Below, in pieces: positions 45,096 through 57,300 of a stretch of DNA of 64,000 nucleotides; position 1 is the first letter of the stretch, and each line of letters begins with the position of its first letter. The notes beneath the pieces are model-generated. The model was given only the letters and a program-made list of their open reading frames with translations. It was not told the DNA's origin and did not search any database. The stretch lies in assembly GCF_018350175.1 (NCBI RefSeq), contig NC_058368.1, positions 25,794,001 to 25,858,000 of the forward strand, read 5' to 3'. This DNA comes from Felis catus. Its lineage: Eukaryota. A program made the position numbers and the translations under genes.

Positions 45096-45582
45096 GAATG
45101 GGGAAAATAGGGTTATGGCAAGGGGGAGTGCTGGACAAGTTTCCCTGGTAACAAAGCAAAGGTGGGGCCTGCTTTTTGAGGAAGAGGACACGGGAATGTT
45201 GTGGGCCAGCAGCACTGAAGGTAAGACGCCACTTCCTGGCCCATAGCCTTGGTCAAGTTGCTTCATGTTCATGCTTGAGATCTTAGCTCAAATTTAAGGG
45301 AGCCCACCCTGCTCATCTGCTGCCCCCCCCCCCGCCCCCATATGAGGTCCCTGTCCTAGAATCTCATTGGATATGAGTTTGGAGAGCTAGAAAATAGCCC
45401 TTCTCTGACAGCATGTAACAGCACCGTAATCACACCATTCACTGTGCAGAGATCCTAGTCCACAGCTTAGGTGAGCAAGAAATGTAACGTAATTTATACA
45501 TTCAACCATGGTGGTAGAAATATAATTTCAGTCAATTTGGGGTCCCAAAGGGTTCTATAGAGATGTAGGATTAAGTTTGTCT

Positions 45583-45796
45583 TTAAAAAAATTTTTTTTA
45601 AACATTTATGTATTTTTGAGAGACAGAGCATGAGTGGGGGAGGAACAGAATCTGAAGAGAGAGACCGAATCCGAAGCAGGCTCCAGGCTCTGAGCTGTCA
45701 GCACAGAGCCCGACATGAGGCTCAAACCCACAAACCGTGAGATCATGACCTGAGCCGAAGTCGGACGCCTAACCGGCTGAGCCCCCCAGGCCCCCC
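45583..45796 (-). mobile_element. CanSINE
   Basis: Antisense. Confidence 0.93.
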
Positions 45797-46029
45797 AGGC
45801 GTAAGTTTCTGTAGTTGAAGGGAGAAGAGGAGGAAAAGAAGTTATTAGAGGGTGACCATTTTGTCTTACTGTTATCTGTCCATGAAGCTGACTGTTAAGA
45901 CACCTAGAGTCCTATCTGGTTCTATTTCCTTAAGCACCTAGGTTCTTGGGCAACAGCAGCCAGAGAAACCCTTGGAAAAACTTTTTGCCCTGCCACACCT
46001 CCTCTGGGACAATGAACACAGTTTCACTA

Positions 46030-46269
46030 TTTTATTTCTTTTATTATTATTTCTTTTAATGTTTATGCATTTTTGAGAGATGGAGAGAGACAGAGTGACA
46101 GCAGGGGAGGGGCAGAGAGAGAGGGAGACACAGAATCCTTAGCAGGCTCCAGGCTCTGAGCCGTCAGCACAGAGCTGACGTGGGGCTCAAACTCATGAAC
46201 TGTGAGATCATGACCTGAGCCAAAACGAAGAGGTGGACACTTAACTGACTGAGCCACCCAGGTGCCCCC
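46030..46269 (-). mobile_element. CanSINE
   Basis: Antisense. Confidence 0.93.
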
Positions 46270-46291
46270 TGGTTAATATTTTTAAAATAGT

Positions 46292-46294
<3 letters not shown>

Positions 46295-46334
<40 letters not shown>
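46295..46334. repeat. (CA)n microsatellite
   Basis: Direct reading. Confidence 0.97.
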
Positions 46335-46337
<3 letters not shown>

Positions 46338-46426
46338 TTACTCCGTCTGGGAATGAGTAGTGAAAGTTATGTGGGAGAAATAATTTGCCAATCTTTACCA
46401 GTCTAGTGAGAAGCTTAAGGTTCTTA

Positions 46427-46472
46427 GAAAGGAAAGGAAAGGAAAGGAAAGGAAAGGAAAGGGGAAAGGAAA
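46427..46472. repeat. (GGAAA)n microsatellite
   Basis: Direct reading. Confidence 0.9.
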
Positions 46473-46509
46473 GTTTAAAAAGAGAAGACAAGAAAAGTAA
46501 GTTTAAAAG

Positions 46510-47010
46510 CATCCAAAGGTGGAAGCAACACAGGTGTCCACTACTGAACAGATAAACACAATATGATCTGTACAGAGAATAAGATTTGTTTAGCCTTAAA
46601 AAAAAAACGGCAATTCTGTCACATGCTACAACCTAGATGAACCTTGACAGGATTATAATAAGTGAAGTAAGCCACTCACAAAAAGACACACTGTATGATG
46701 CACTTACACGAGTGCGCTCAAATTCATAGAGACAAAAAGCAGGATGGTGGTTGCCAAGGGCTGGGGAGGAGGGGATGGGGTTAGTAGTTAATGGGTACAG
46801 AGTTACAGTTTTGCAAGATGAAAAGAGTTACTTGGAGCTGGAAGTTGCTGACGGTTGCACAGCCATGTGAATGTACCTAATGCCACTGAACTGTATACTT
46901 AAAAATGTTTAAATCTGTATTCATTGGATACAGGCAACTTTAATACGAGACACAATAGAGTGGCTTAAATAATTTTTATGTTATGCATATTTTATCAGAA
47001 TAAAAATATT
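46510..47010 (+). mobile_element. L1MB-like 3' end
   Basis: ccaaaggtggaagcaac...gatgaaccttga...ttttgcaagatgaaaagagtt...aatgccactgaactgtatacttaaaaatg. Confidence 0.9.
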
Positions 47011-47015
47011 ATTCA

Positions 47016-47130
47016 GGGGCCCCTGGCTGGCTCAATGGGAAGAGCATGTGACCCTTGATCTTGGGGTTGTGAGTTCGAGCCCCACATTGGGTGTAGAGAT
47101 TACTTAAATGAATAAATAAAAACTTAAAAA
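47016..47130 (+). mobile_element. Short tRNA-like SINE
   Basis: TSD aaaaatattat. Confidence 0.9.
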
Positions 47131-47149
47131 AATATTATCCAAACACATG

Positions 47150-47310
47150 TGTAATTAGTTGTTTAAAATCTTTCTCTTCAGCTAGAAGATAAGCTCTGTA
47201 AGAGTGGGATCTTGTCCCAGTAGGATCTTATTCACTGCTATGTGCCCATGATTTAGCACAGTGCCTAGCATGTAGCAGTAACTTCACAAATACTTGTCAA
47301 AGGCATTAAT
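47150..47310 (+). mobile_element. L2 3' end
   Basis: ttattcactgcta...tagcacagtgcctagcatgtagcag...aaatacttgt. Confidence 0.8.
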
Positions 47311-47530
47311 AGTCCTGGGAGTGGGATTTGGGGGGCAGGTTATGCCTTAGGAAAGCAATACCCCATATAACGAATTACCTAAGAAACATTGGCAGATTAC
47401 TGCTTAGTTTGCTACTTACTGATAATATTTAGTTGTCATAGTAATTGGGCATTTGTGAACACGTATCTTGATTAAATATAGAAAGAGAGGAAAAATGAGT
47501 ATCACGTTACATACCTAGAGCCACATTCTT

Positions 47531-47760
47531 TTTTTTAATGCTTATTTATTTATTTTGAGAGAGAGAGAGAAGGGGGGGTGGGGGGCAGAGAGAGAGGGAG
47601 AGAGGGAATCCCAAGCAGGCTTCACATTCAGGGTGGAGTCTGATTCAAGCCTCTATCTCATGACCTGAGCCAAAATCAAGAGTCAGATGCTCAACCAACC
47701 AACTGAGCCAAAATCAAGAGTCAGATGCTCAGCCAACCAACTGAGCCACCCAGGCGGCCC
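47531..47760 (-). mobile_element. CanSINE with internal 38-bp tandem duplication
   Basis: TSD ataccta(g/t)agc(c/t)acattctt. Confidence 0.93.
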
Positions 47761-48039
47761 ATACCTATAGCTACATTCTTAATCACTCCGTCCCTTGCAG
47801 AGGAGGGATTCTCCCTTTTGAGCCTTTTAATATGCTGATGAATTTTAGAAATAATACTTATTGTATTTTCGTAGTTTAGCACAAGTAGTTTACATTTTAG
47901 CCTATTAGATTTGACCTAAAATAAACACGTCAGCCTTTTAGTTACAGAAAATAAAAGAAAGGAAGGATATAACAGGCAAGTGGGGAAAGACACCTGTAGG
48001 GAGGGGAGGGGAAAAAAAGATGGCTCTAGGGAAGCGAGC

Positions 48040-48380
48040 AATTGCAACTGAAAACAATGCTCATTAAAATTAAAAATTCATATATCTTTTGAAAGCCTAT
48101 ACCTGGGAATATCCCACAGAGGCAAAACCACGAGTTCATGGAGACACATGTACATGGATGCTATTGCAGCATTCCTTGCTGTGACAAAAAGCTGGAAACA
48201 AAGCCCGTGACTGAATAATTTATAGTATACAACACCATCGGTTATTATCCAGGCATTAACAAGGCTGAATTAAATCTAAATCAACGGACTTGGAGAGATT
48301 TCCATGAAGTGTTGTTGAGTGAGAAGAGAACGGTGCAGAAAAGTGTCTATAATGTACACACATATATTCCACTTTTGCAA
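48040..48380 (+). mobile_element. L1ME-like fragment
   Basis: ggatgctattgcagcatt...aaaaagctggaaacaa...ttgttgagtgagaa. Confidence 0.65.
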
Positions 48381-48562
48381 GGAAAAAAAAAGTTAAAAAG
48401 CCCTTCAAATCTCTATTTCCAATTTTGTGAGCATGGAGGAAAATATGAGAGCACGCGTAGTTGTCGGGTGAGTTGTTGTGGGACTGTCTGGTGTCGGAGG
48501 GGAGGAAGAAGAAGACAGGAAGGAGGAAACAGAGATGATAAAAGCACATACGATTTGCATTT

Positions 48563-48802
48563 ATTTATTTTTTTTAATAATTAAAAAAATTTTTTTTCCA
48601 ACGTTTATTTATTTTTTGAGACAGAGAGAGACAGAGCATGAACGGGGGAGGGGCAGAGAGAGAGGGAGACACAGAATCGGAAACAGGCTCCAGGCTCCGA
48701 GCCATCAGCCCAGAGCCTGACGCGGGGCTCGAACTCACGGACCGCGAGATCGTGACCTGGCTGAAGTTGGACGCTTAACCGACTGCGCCACCCAGGCGCC
48801 CC
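48563..48802 (-). mobile_element. CanSINE, young subfamily
   Basis: TSD acgatttgcattta. Confidence 0.97.
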
Positions 48803-49091
48803 ACGATTTGCATTTACATAAAGTTATGTGTGGCGTAGAAAAAAATTAAGTTCAAAATTATGCAAAGCTAACTAGTCTCCTCCCTGGGTAAGGGTTCTTC
48901 ACCTCTGAGGCCATCAACTCATGTTAATGGCAGAGGGACAAGACAGCCTTAGGCAATATTGACCCGTAAGAGACGTGAAGACTCTTGGTCGTGGCTGGCT
49001 TTCCTGTCTCTCCTAACTGGAGGAATGGCCTGCTGCCTGGCATGTGGGGAGCCAAATTGCTTATCTACAGTCTTTTAAAGTACCATCTTTT

Positions 49092-49308
49092 GGGGCGCCT
49101 GGGTGGCTCAGTCGGTTAAGCGTCTGACTTCGGCTCAGGTCATGATCTCGCGGTCCGTGAGTTCAAGCCCCACGTCGGGCTCTGTGCTGACAGCTCAGAG
49201 CCCGGAGCCTGCTTCGGATTCTGTGTCTCCCTCTCTCTCTGCCCCTCCCCTGCTCATGCCCTGTCTGTCTCTGTCTCAAAAATAAATAAAAACATTAAAA
49301 AAATATAT
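49092..49308 (+). mobile_element. CanSINE
   Basis: TSD taaagtaccatctttt. Confidence 0.97.
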
Positions 49309-49468
49309 AAAGTACCATCTTTTATTCACTTTGGGATCTAATATAAATTCAGGAAGTGAGAACCACCTCTGTCAAAGTGTTCCACTATATGATCTGTGGT
49401 ATATAACATAAGGTGTATGATAGATGATTATAAGGTATATGGGTGGTGTGGAAAAACACCATGTTGTT

Positions 49469-49677
49469 GTGGTGCCTGGGTGGCTCAGTCCGTTGAGCAG
49501 ACTTTGGCTCGGGTCACGATCTCACAGTTTGTGAGTTTGAGCCCCGCATTGGGCTCACTGCTGTCAGCGGGGGGCCTGCTTTGGATCCTCTGTCCCCCTT
49601 TCTCTCTGCCCCTCCCTGCTCATGCGTGTGTGCTCTCTCTCTTTCAAAACTAAATAAACATTTAAAGAAAAAAAACA
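49469..49677 (+). mobile_element. CanSINE
   Basis: TSD aaaaaca(c/t)cat(g/a)ttgt. Confidence 0.93.
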
Positions 49678-49749
49678 AAAAACATCATATTGTGGTGGTT
49701 CAGGTTTTGGTCTCTGGGGTCAAGTGGCCCTGGGTTCAACTCTGCATTT

Positions 49750-50100
49750 GCTGGTTATAGCTAGCTGCTTTAATAAGAGACACAAAACAGTGACTTAAAT
49801 AAGAAAATAGTTTAACTTCTCAAGTAATAATCCTGACCGTCAGTCGAGGGCTGGTCTGATGGCTCTTGGTGATGGAGACTCAGGTTCTTTTCATCCCTTT
49901 ATCCCTGCAAAGGTGAAGACCATTCACCTACTTGCCTTCCAGCCTGTGAGAGAGAGAAAAAGGAAAGAGGAGACTTCACTCGAAGGTGAACTTTTCCTAT
50001 TAGCTTAGACGCTAGTCACATGGCCACACCTAGCTGCAAGGGAGGCTGGGAAAAATGGTCTGGGGCTGGTATATGAGCAGCTCAAACTGTCATTGCTGAG
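49750..50100 (-). mobile_element. MLT1J/K-like LTR
   Basis: cagtgacttaaataag...tagtcacatggccacacctagctgcaagggaggctgggaaa. Confidence 0.8.
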
Positions 50101-50129
50101 GAAGACAAGGAGATAAGACACTACCCCCC

Positions 50130-50345
50130 AACTCTCAGAACTATATCCTAATAAACTGTGATACAATGGTAGAGCAAACTGGGAAACTATAAAGAGGAGT
50201 CCTGATCCCGTCTGAGGGGTCAGAAGATTGACTTTTTCCCGAGGCAGAGGTCTAAGGGATTCACTAGAAGAAGCAAGGAAGAGGGTTCTAGGAGGAGGGA
50301 ACAACGCGCAAAAAACTCCGAAATAGAGGAATCGCAAAAAAGGTT
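50130..50345 (-). mobile_element. L2 fragment
   Basis: ggggtcagaaga...gttctaggaggagggaacaacgcgcaaa. Confidence 0.6.
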
Positions 50346-51245
50346 TAATTTAAGCAAATACGTAAATCAGTTCTCTTCCCAAGGACCCAGGCTGGCTAGT
50401 AAAATATATTGTAACATGTGCATCAGCCCTCAGACACACCATTTATTTTTGGGGGGCTTGGAACTGTCCCACTGTGGTTCAGCTGGCAGCCCAGAGAAAG
50501 CTGACACCGGTTTGGGAAGGTCTAATTTTTTCTTTCAGGGAGACCCAAGTGAAGGAGCTTTGTGTGTGTTGCTTTAGAAGAATTTGACAAAGTTGTGCTC
50601 CTTATTTGCGTTATCTATGATTTTAGGTAACGTTACAAAATCGTCCCGTAATTTTCTGTAATATATGGAAATGGAAATGCGGTGGCTTTGAAAATCATTT
50701 GCCTTTGCACATCAAAGGAACAAATTGACAGTTGGGTAACGGATCCACCTTGCCACGTGGGAGGTGAGAGCTGCAGTAATCATTGAATCACAAGACGCAT
50801 TTCCATACACAGCACATGAAGACCAGTTTCATTGCTTTATAGTTTCACCTCCTATTAAAGCCCTGTCAAATGTGAGTCAGAGCCACCTTAGGTCCTAGAA
50901 TTTGAGAGAGCCCATCTTTCTGCACTGCTTACTCCACCTTTTCTTACTGCAACAGGGTGATTGTTTTTAGAATATTAATGTGCTTCTCTCCTTTGCTTTC
51001 CCAAGGACATAATTTTCCCCTTAGTTGGTTCTAGGCACGTATCTGATTTGAAGGAGATGAAAATCTGTTATGGGTGCAAAGGGAAAGGCTGGGTGATTTC
51101 CATTTTTTGGCATTTAAAACCAGGATTAGGCAGTCGGGCCTGTCTTGAATATGGATTTTGCACGTTAACATCTTTAGCGTACCTAGGAACCAGGCCCTGG
51201 TATAGTGTAGAAAAGTGTAGCGTCATGTAGAAGAGAACCCCAAGG

Positions 51246-51676
51246 AGGGTTGCTAGATAAAATGCAGGTTGCCCTGTTAAATTTCAGGCAAACGATGAAA
51301 AGTTTTTAAACATAAGTGTGTTCCAAATACTGTACGGGACATACTGACACTAAAAAATTACTTGTTTGTCTGAAATTCAAATTTAACTGGGCATCTTGTA
51401 TTTTTTTTTATTTATTTTTAAAAATTTTCTGTTTTTGAACGTTTATTTATTTTTGGGACAGAGAGAGACAGAGCATGAACGGGGGAGGGTCAGAGAGAGA
51501 GAGAGACACAGAATCAGAGACAGGCTCCAGGCTCTGAGCCATCAGCCCAGAGCCTGACGCGGGGCTCGAACTCACGGACCGCGAGATCATGACCTGGCTG
51601 AAGTCGGACGCTTAACCGACTGCGCCACCCAGGCGCCCCGCATCTTGTATTTTTATTTGCTAAGCCTGGCAAGCCT
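51246..51676. mobile_element. MER53 palindromic hAT MITE interrupted by a SINE
   Basis: agggttgctagataaaat...gggacatact...tctgaaattcaaatttaactgggcatc...ctggcaagcct. Confidence 0.88.
51406..51639 (-). mobile_element. CanSINE, young subfamily
   Basis: TSD gcatcttgtattttt. Confidence 0.97.
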
Positions 51677-51837
51677 AATTTCCAGGACAGAGAGGCAAAT
51701 AATACCATAAAGTAGGAAAATAAGATGTGAGGGGAGTCTATAGCGTGATAGTCATACTGACTGTACAAACTTTGAAGCCCTTTTCTCTATTTGACCAGAG
51801 ACCACACCCGCTATGGAATCAGAAAATATCAGACCCA

Positions 51838-52045
51838 GGGCGCCTGGGTGACTCAGTTGGTTAAGCCTCTGACTTCAGCTCAGGTCATAATCTCACGGTT
51901 TGTGGGTTCAAGTGCTGCACTGGGCTCTCTGCTGTCAGAGAGCAGAGGCCCGCTTCGGATCCTCTGTCCCCCTCTGTCTCTGCCCCTCCCCTGCTGTGCT
52001 CTCTCTGTGTCTCTCCAAAATAAATAAATAAACTTTAAAAAAAGA
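51838..52045 (+). mobile_element. CanSINE
   Basis: Head/(CT)n/tail. Confidence 0.94.
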
Positions 52046-52059
52046 AACGAGACTATCAC

Positions 52060-52425
52060 AGATACTTGCTTTCCTAGCTTCCCTTGAATATAAGTGAGGC
52101 ATGTGCCAGTCAGATATATACATGTACCTTGACATTGATTAGGAAGCTGGGACTTGGAAGAAGCAGGTGTTCTGGTGTTGGGTGATGACAGGGACCTTGG
52201 CTGCATACGGTGCCCAGTGTTGTCAGTGGAGGAACCTGCGGGGTCCAGTGTCCATAGCAACAGCAGTGTTTCTAAAGCCTTGTTGTGAGCGTTGTTCCCC
52301 ACTGCAGAGCCTCGGCGCCTGGTTCTGGCTCTCCCAGGGATCCTGCCGGCTCTCCAGTGCCTTCTGATGAGTCCCTTTGCCCCTTCACTCTGCCAGAGTT
52401 GGTTCTGTGCCTTGCACCTAAAAAC
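52060..52425 (+). mobile_element. Old ERVL-type LTR fragment
   Basis: tttcctagcttcccttg...gccagagttggttctgtgccttgca. Confidence 0.45.
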
Positions 52426-52722
52426 TATGAGCGATAAATGAAAGAAAAGTCTTCCCAGGCATGAGAAATTATGGAGAGGAGAACAAGAGGAGCAGGAGAT
52501 AGGAGAGGAGGGTGGGCGGGAATGGGTTTGGACAGGAGATGGAATGTAGGAAAGCTGCGGGGGCCGGAGGCCTTCGAGGGTGCTCCTGTGCCACTCTGCG
52601 CGGGTGGAGCTGTCCTGGTGGTTCACAGCCCATTCTGATTGCCTGATCCGGTTAGTAAACACCAGTGTCCATTTGGATTGTGTGGTGCTTATGCTTTACT
52701 GGTTTTTAAAATGTTTTGGTTT

Positions 52723-52809
52723 GGGGGCACCTGCATGGCTCAGTCGGTTAAGCATCCGACTTTGACTCAGGTCATATCTCACCGTTCCTGGTAAAGCCTG
52801 CTTGGGGAT

Positions 52810-52857
<48 letters not shown>

Positions 52858-52915
52858 CCTCCCCCATTTGTGCTTTGTGTGTGTGTCTCTCTCAAAAATA
52901 AATAAACATTAAATT
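52723..52915 (+). mobile_element. CanSINE, internally deleted, long (CT)n
   Basis: Head, B-box region missing, (CT)n, tail. Confidence 0.9.
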
Positions 52916-52932
52916 TTTAAAAAATATTTTGG

Positions 52933-53150
52933 GGGGCGCCTGGGTGGCACAGTCGGTTAAGCGTCCGACTTCAGCCAGGTCACGATCTCGCGGTCCGTGA
53001 GTTCGAGCCCCACGTCAGGCTCTGGACTGATGGCTCGGACCCTGGAGCCTGTTTCCGATTCTGTGTCTCCCTCTCTCTCTGCCCCTCCCCCGTTCATGCT
53101 CTGCCTCTCTCTGTCCCAAAAATAAATAAACGTTGAAAAAAAAAATTAAA
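52933..53150 (+). mobile_element. CanSINE, young subfamily
   Basis: TSD aaaaaatattttgg. Confidence 0.97.
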
Positions 53151-53164
53151 AAAAAATATTTTGG

Positions 53165-53865
53165 GTTTTTTTTTATTGTGGTAAAAAAAACCCCACATAA
53201 CATAAAATTTAGCATCTTAGCCTTTTAAAAAAATTTTTTTTTAACGTTTATTTATTATTGAGAGACAGAGGGCAAACAGGGGAGGAGCAGAGAGAGAGGG
53301 AGACACAGAATCAGAAGCAGGCTCCAGGCTCTGAGGTGTCAGCACAGAGCCCGACGTGGGGCTCGAGCTCACAAACCGCGAGATCATGACCTGAGCCGAA
53401 GTCGGACACTTAACCGACTGAGCCACCCAGGTGCCCCTAGCATCTTAACCTTTTTAAGTGTAGTTCTGTAGTATTAAGTACTCACATCGTTGTACAGCAG
53501 ATCTCCAGAATTTACTAGTCTTGCAAATCTGAAACTCTGTATCTATTAAAGAAAACTCCCCTTTTCCTTCTTCCTCCAGCCCCTTTCTCTTTCTGTGAAT
53601 CTGACTGCTCTAGAGAGCTCGTGTAAGTAGAAACCTAGAGTATTTGTCCTTTTGCATTTTACTTAGCACGATACCCTAAATGTTTATTCATTTTGCAGCA
53701 CCTGACAGGATCTTCTTCCTTTTAAAGGCTGAATTACATGCCATTGTATGTACATACCACATTTTCCTTATTCATTCATCCATCCATGGACACTTGGGTC
53801 CCTTCCACATCTTGGCTGTAGTGAAAAACGCTATGAACATGAGGGTGCAGATATCTCTTCAAGGG
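53165..53865 (-). mobile_element. L1MA/MB 3' end
   Basis: ttattgtggtaaaa...cataacataaaattta...tcttgcaaatctgaaactct...catggacacttgggt. Confidence 0.9.
53227..53437 (-). mobile_element. CanSINE
   Basis: TSD tagcatctta(g/a)cctttt. Confidence 0.95.
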
Positions 53866-53886
53866 CTTTGAAATATTTTGAGTTGC

Positions 53887-54100
53887 GGGGCGCCTGTGTG
53901 GCTCAGTCAGTTGAGCGTCTGACTCTTGGTTTTGGCTCAGGTCGTGATCTCGTGGTTCGTGGGATTGAGCCCCGCATCCGGCTCTGTGTTGACATCTCTC
54001 CCTGGGATTCTCTTTCTTCCTCTCTCTCTGCCCCTCCCCTGCTCATGCTCTCTCTCTCTCTCTCTCTCTCAAAATAAGTAAATAAACATTTAAGAAATGT
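53887..54100 (+). mobile_element. CanSINE
   Basis: TSD aaatattttga. Confidence 0.94.
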
Positions 54101-54477
54101 AAATATTTTGAATTGCTCCTGGGTGCAACTATTCATCTTGCTTAAGGAGAGGGGATCTCTGAGGGTTAATGGCCAGAGATGTCCTTGATTCCAGTGTGGC
54201 ACAGGTGAAATGTAGAGTCCAGCTGAGGAGCTCAAGATGTGGTGAGGAGGTTGTTCTACAGCAAAGACCTGTGTAGGGAAGAGCACCCAAGCCAGACTTG
54301 ATTGGAAATCCCAGACCTCTGAGTGTGGGGGGCCCAGAGTCGAGAGTGCTGCTGGCTGGCTGGCTCCGGCTAAGTTAGACCAGAGTAACCATGGACTTTC
54401 AGCCTCAAATGCCAGCATGGCAGGCAGCACCCAAGGGGAAAGAGGTGCTATCATAGCTTCTTAAGACTCCAACTCTT

Positions 54478-54704
54478 GGGGCGCCTGGGTGGCTCAGTCA
54501 GTTGAGTGTCCGACTTCGGCTCAGGTCATGATCTTGCAGTTTGTGGGCTCGAGCCCCGCGTCGGGCTCTGTGCTGACAGCTCAGAGCCTGGAGCCTGCTT
54601 CGGATTCTGTGTCTCCTTCTCTCTCTGCCCCTCCCTCACTTGTGTTCTATCTCTCTCTGTCTCTCAAAAATAAATCAATGTATCAAAAAATTAAAAAAAA
54701 AAAA
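54478..54704 (+). mobile_element. CanSINE
   Basis: TSD aagac(t/c)ccaactctt. Confidence 0.96.
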
Positions 54705-55889
54705 AAGACCCCAACTCTTTTTGGACATCATGGGGTTGTAAAAACCATAGCCCTCAGCGCTCTGTTGGATAGAGAAGCAGAGGGCAAGGTGAGTTACTGA
54801 GAGACACATGTTATCTACATGGATGGTGAAATTATTGTATTAGCTACTTAGTTACTTCTGTTCTTGGCAAAGGTGTGGGTAGGGCAGAGAAGGAAGGCTA
54901 GATCAGTGAGAGATTAAACTCAAAATTGCTTTTCCTTCTGCATACCCGAGAAATTTGTGTTGGCTTTTTTGTGACCCTGCTGTATTTCCCTGCTTTGCAA
55001 CCAATGTTGTGTTCTCCAGCCACACAGGACTACACGCTACCCCTCCACTCGGGCCCCGGAGGAGGAGCCCCTGGAGTTCGGAGCAAGTTGCTCAGCTGTT
55101 GCTGTGCGCGTCCTGGAGAAAATCAATGGTTTCCAAGGCGCCACAGCTGCGAACTCTATGTGCTTCTCCTGTTCATTCTGTTCTCTCGCTGTGGAACTCT
55201 CCCTTCCCCACTTGAAAAAACTCATTAGCCCCTTAAGAGCCATACCAAATACCAAGCCTGGGAAATTTATTTCCGGTCTATGCCCCATCCTGTGTTCTCT
55301 CTCTCTCTCTCTAGGAAGAAGCAATCACACCATTTCCCCCCTGCCTTTTGCGTTTGATGGCTGGATGTCTGTCTGCCTCACCAGGCCAGGCACTGAGGGC
55401 AGCAAGCACATGGTTTTGTTGTTATGCCCCAGCTCCTGACATGGAACCTGGCGGAGCTGGGCCCTAACAAGTGTTAGCCGAACACTGGAATGAGCTCCCT
55501 CCTTTGTCTTTCCCTGTTTGACCACCCTGATCTCACATGTAAATGGCCTTTAATTAGATTTATCTTTGATCTAAATACTGGGGTTTATTCTTACCCACTT
55601 ATGATAGCATTTAGTGAAACAACTTGCACATAATAGGCGCTCGTGTGGTGGTTGATTTGACTGGATGTCTTGGTTTCATGCCTTTGTTCACAGAATGTCA
55701 GAATTTGAAGAGACCCTAGAAATCACCGAGTACAACCCGTCACCTGGTGTGTGAATTGGGGATGTCTCTGTGCCACTGGGTTAGGTCATACACATGGGTA
55801 TCTGTACTAATGCATCCCTGTGGCGCTAGTCTGCTGCATGGTCAACTCTTTTTGTTCAGTTATTGACAGCATTTGGCAGGTGCTTTCTC

Positions 55890-57030
55890 ATGTTGATGGT
55901 GGTGATAAACAAACTGAGAAAGCAGTTCTAGAAAGAAGGGGTGGAATGCGCCAAGCAAGGAAGTGTGCGTGAAATGCCTGGGGCCATTACTACATTTGGA
56001 GTTCAGCATTGTAGCCCCAGAGCTAGAAAGGCAGAGGTTAGGGGCGCAGAGAGACAACCGATGAGATTGGAGAGAGGAAGGGTCATGAAGGGCCTCCCTT
56101 GTTAGGCATAAGGAATTCGTTTTCATTATATTGTCATTGAGGATCCTTGAGGAACTTTGAGCAATGGATTGATATTAGAAAGACCTTGCTGATATCATTA
56201 TACTTGAGGCATAAGGTAGGGAGGTGACTTTAATATGGCGGCGAAGGATGAGGACCCAGCCCAAGGCAATGGTGGAGGGGATGAGACGAGGAACAGAAAG
56301 AAGAGCTATTTAAGATATACATGTAAGAGGTCCTGGTGAGATGGGTGAGAGGCGAGGACTGGAGGACGACTTCTGGTTTGGGGATGGCCTCCTGGGTGGA
56401 TGGCAGTGGGCCGTCGACCATGAGGAGCCTGAGGATCCTCTAGGTCCCAATGATCCATCTTCATTTTCATTAACTGCTCGGAGACTCAGAAAAAGTTATG
56501 GCTAAATATACAGACATGACATGGACAGTCCCCAGAGAGAGGTGACAGAGGTTAAAGACCTCCAGATGTAAGGAATATAACAAGGGATGAACAGGATCAG
56601 CACCTTAACAAGGTGCTTTATTCTAGAAGTTTGAGGGGCCACTGGGAGAGCAGTTTCAGTAGAGCGTTGAGTCAGGAAGCCTAGACGAGGTAGAAACTTT
56701 CCAGGAGCTTGGCTGTATAAGGAGAGGATGACAAGCAGAGAGAGACACATTTTCTTTTTTTGTTAATAAGATAAGAGAGCCTTGGACTGACCCACCCACT
56801 GAGAGGCAAGCGCCAGATGAGAGGAAGGATTGGGGGTCAGGAAAAGGGGAATAATCAGGGGAGCAAGGAACTTGAGGCGGGGCGGGTGGACGATTAGAGG
56901 AAGGCTGATCCTTTCCTCAGAAACATTGAGGAAGGCTGTCGGGACAGGTGCTGAGGAAGATGTGGGTAGTGTGGCGAGTGCAGGGGTTGAACAGGAGACA
57001 TCTGAGCTCTGTGCCCATGGACTCTATTCC
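55890..57030 (-). mobile_element. L2 fragments
   Basis: Purine-rich antisense L2 text (gagagcagtttcagtagag...gaagcctaga...ggagcttggctgt). Confidence 0.7.
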
Positions 57031-57089
57031 CAGTGAGCCAGGGCTTGGCACAGTCACTGGAGAGAGGGCAGCTACCACGTAATGGTGGA

Positions 57090-57300
57090 GAGGGCGGACT
57101 CCGGAGGCACGGCTGGAGTTCACGTTCTCTTCCTGCCGTTCACTAGCTTATGACCCTGAGAAACAAACGCCCAAACACCATGTGCCTCAGTTTCCTCATC
57201 TGCCTAACGGATAGGATAAGAATCCGCAATGGATTGCTGTGAGAATCAAGTGAGTTACAATATGCGAAGGGCTTAGAACAGGTGTACAACAGGCGGCGTG
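57090..57300 (+). mobile_element. MIR
   Basis: tgtgcctcagtttcctcatctg...ggattgctgtgagaatcaagtgag...cttagaacag. Confidence 0.85.

Noticed and set aside
1764..47130. tRNA-Lys-like sequences as tRNA genes
   Set aside because: They have diverged stems, SINE 3' extensions, A tails and TSDs, so they are short SINEs.
51880..52662. Longest ORF in the track (260 aa, minus strand)
   Set aside because: It crosses an old LTR fragment and ends inside a SINE, has no recognisable domain and no ATG start; a chance ORF.
53903..54454. 183-aa minus-strand ORF
   Set aside because: The C-terminal third is antisense SINE translation (ERERESMSRGGAERE); no homology recognised.
54789..55020. Isolated strong splice motifs (AAG|GTGAGT at 54789; TTCTCCAG| at 55019; also CAG|GTGAGT near 21009)
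   Set aside because: Could not be built into a coherent exon chain with a reading frame.
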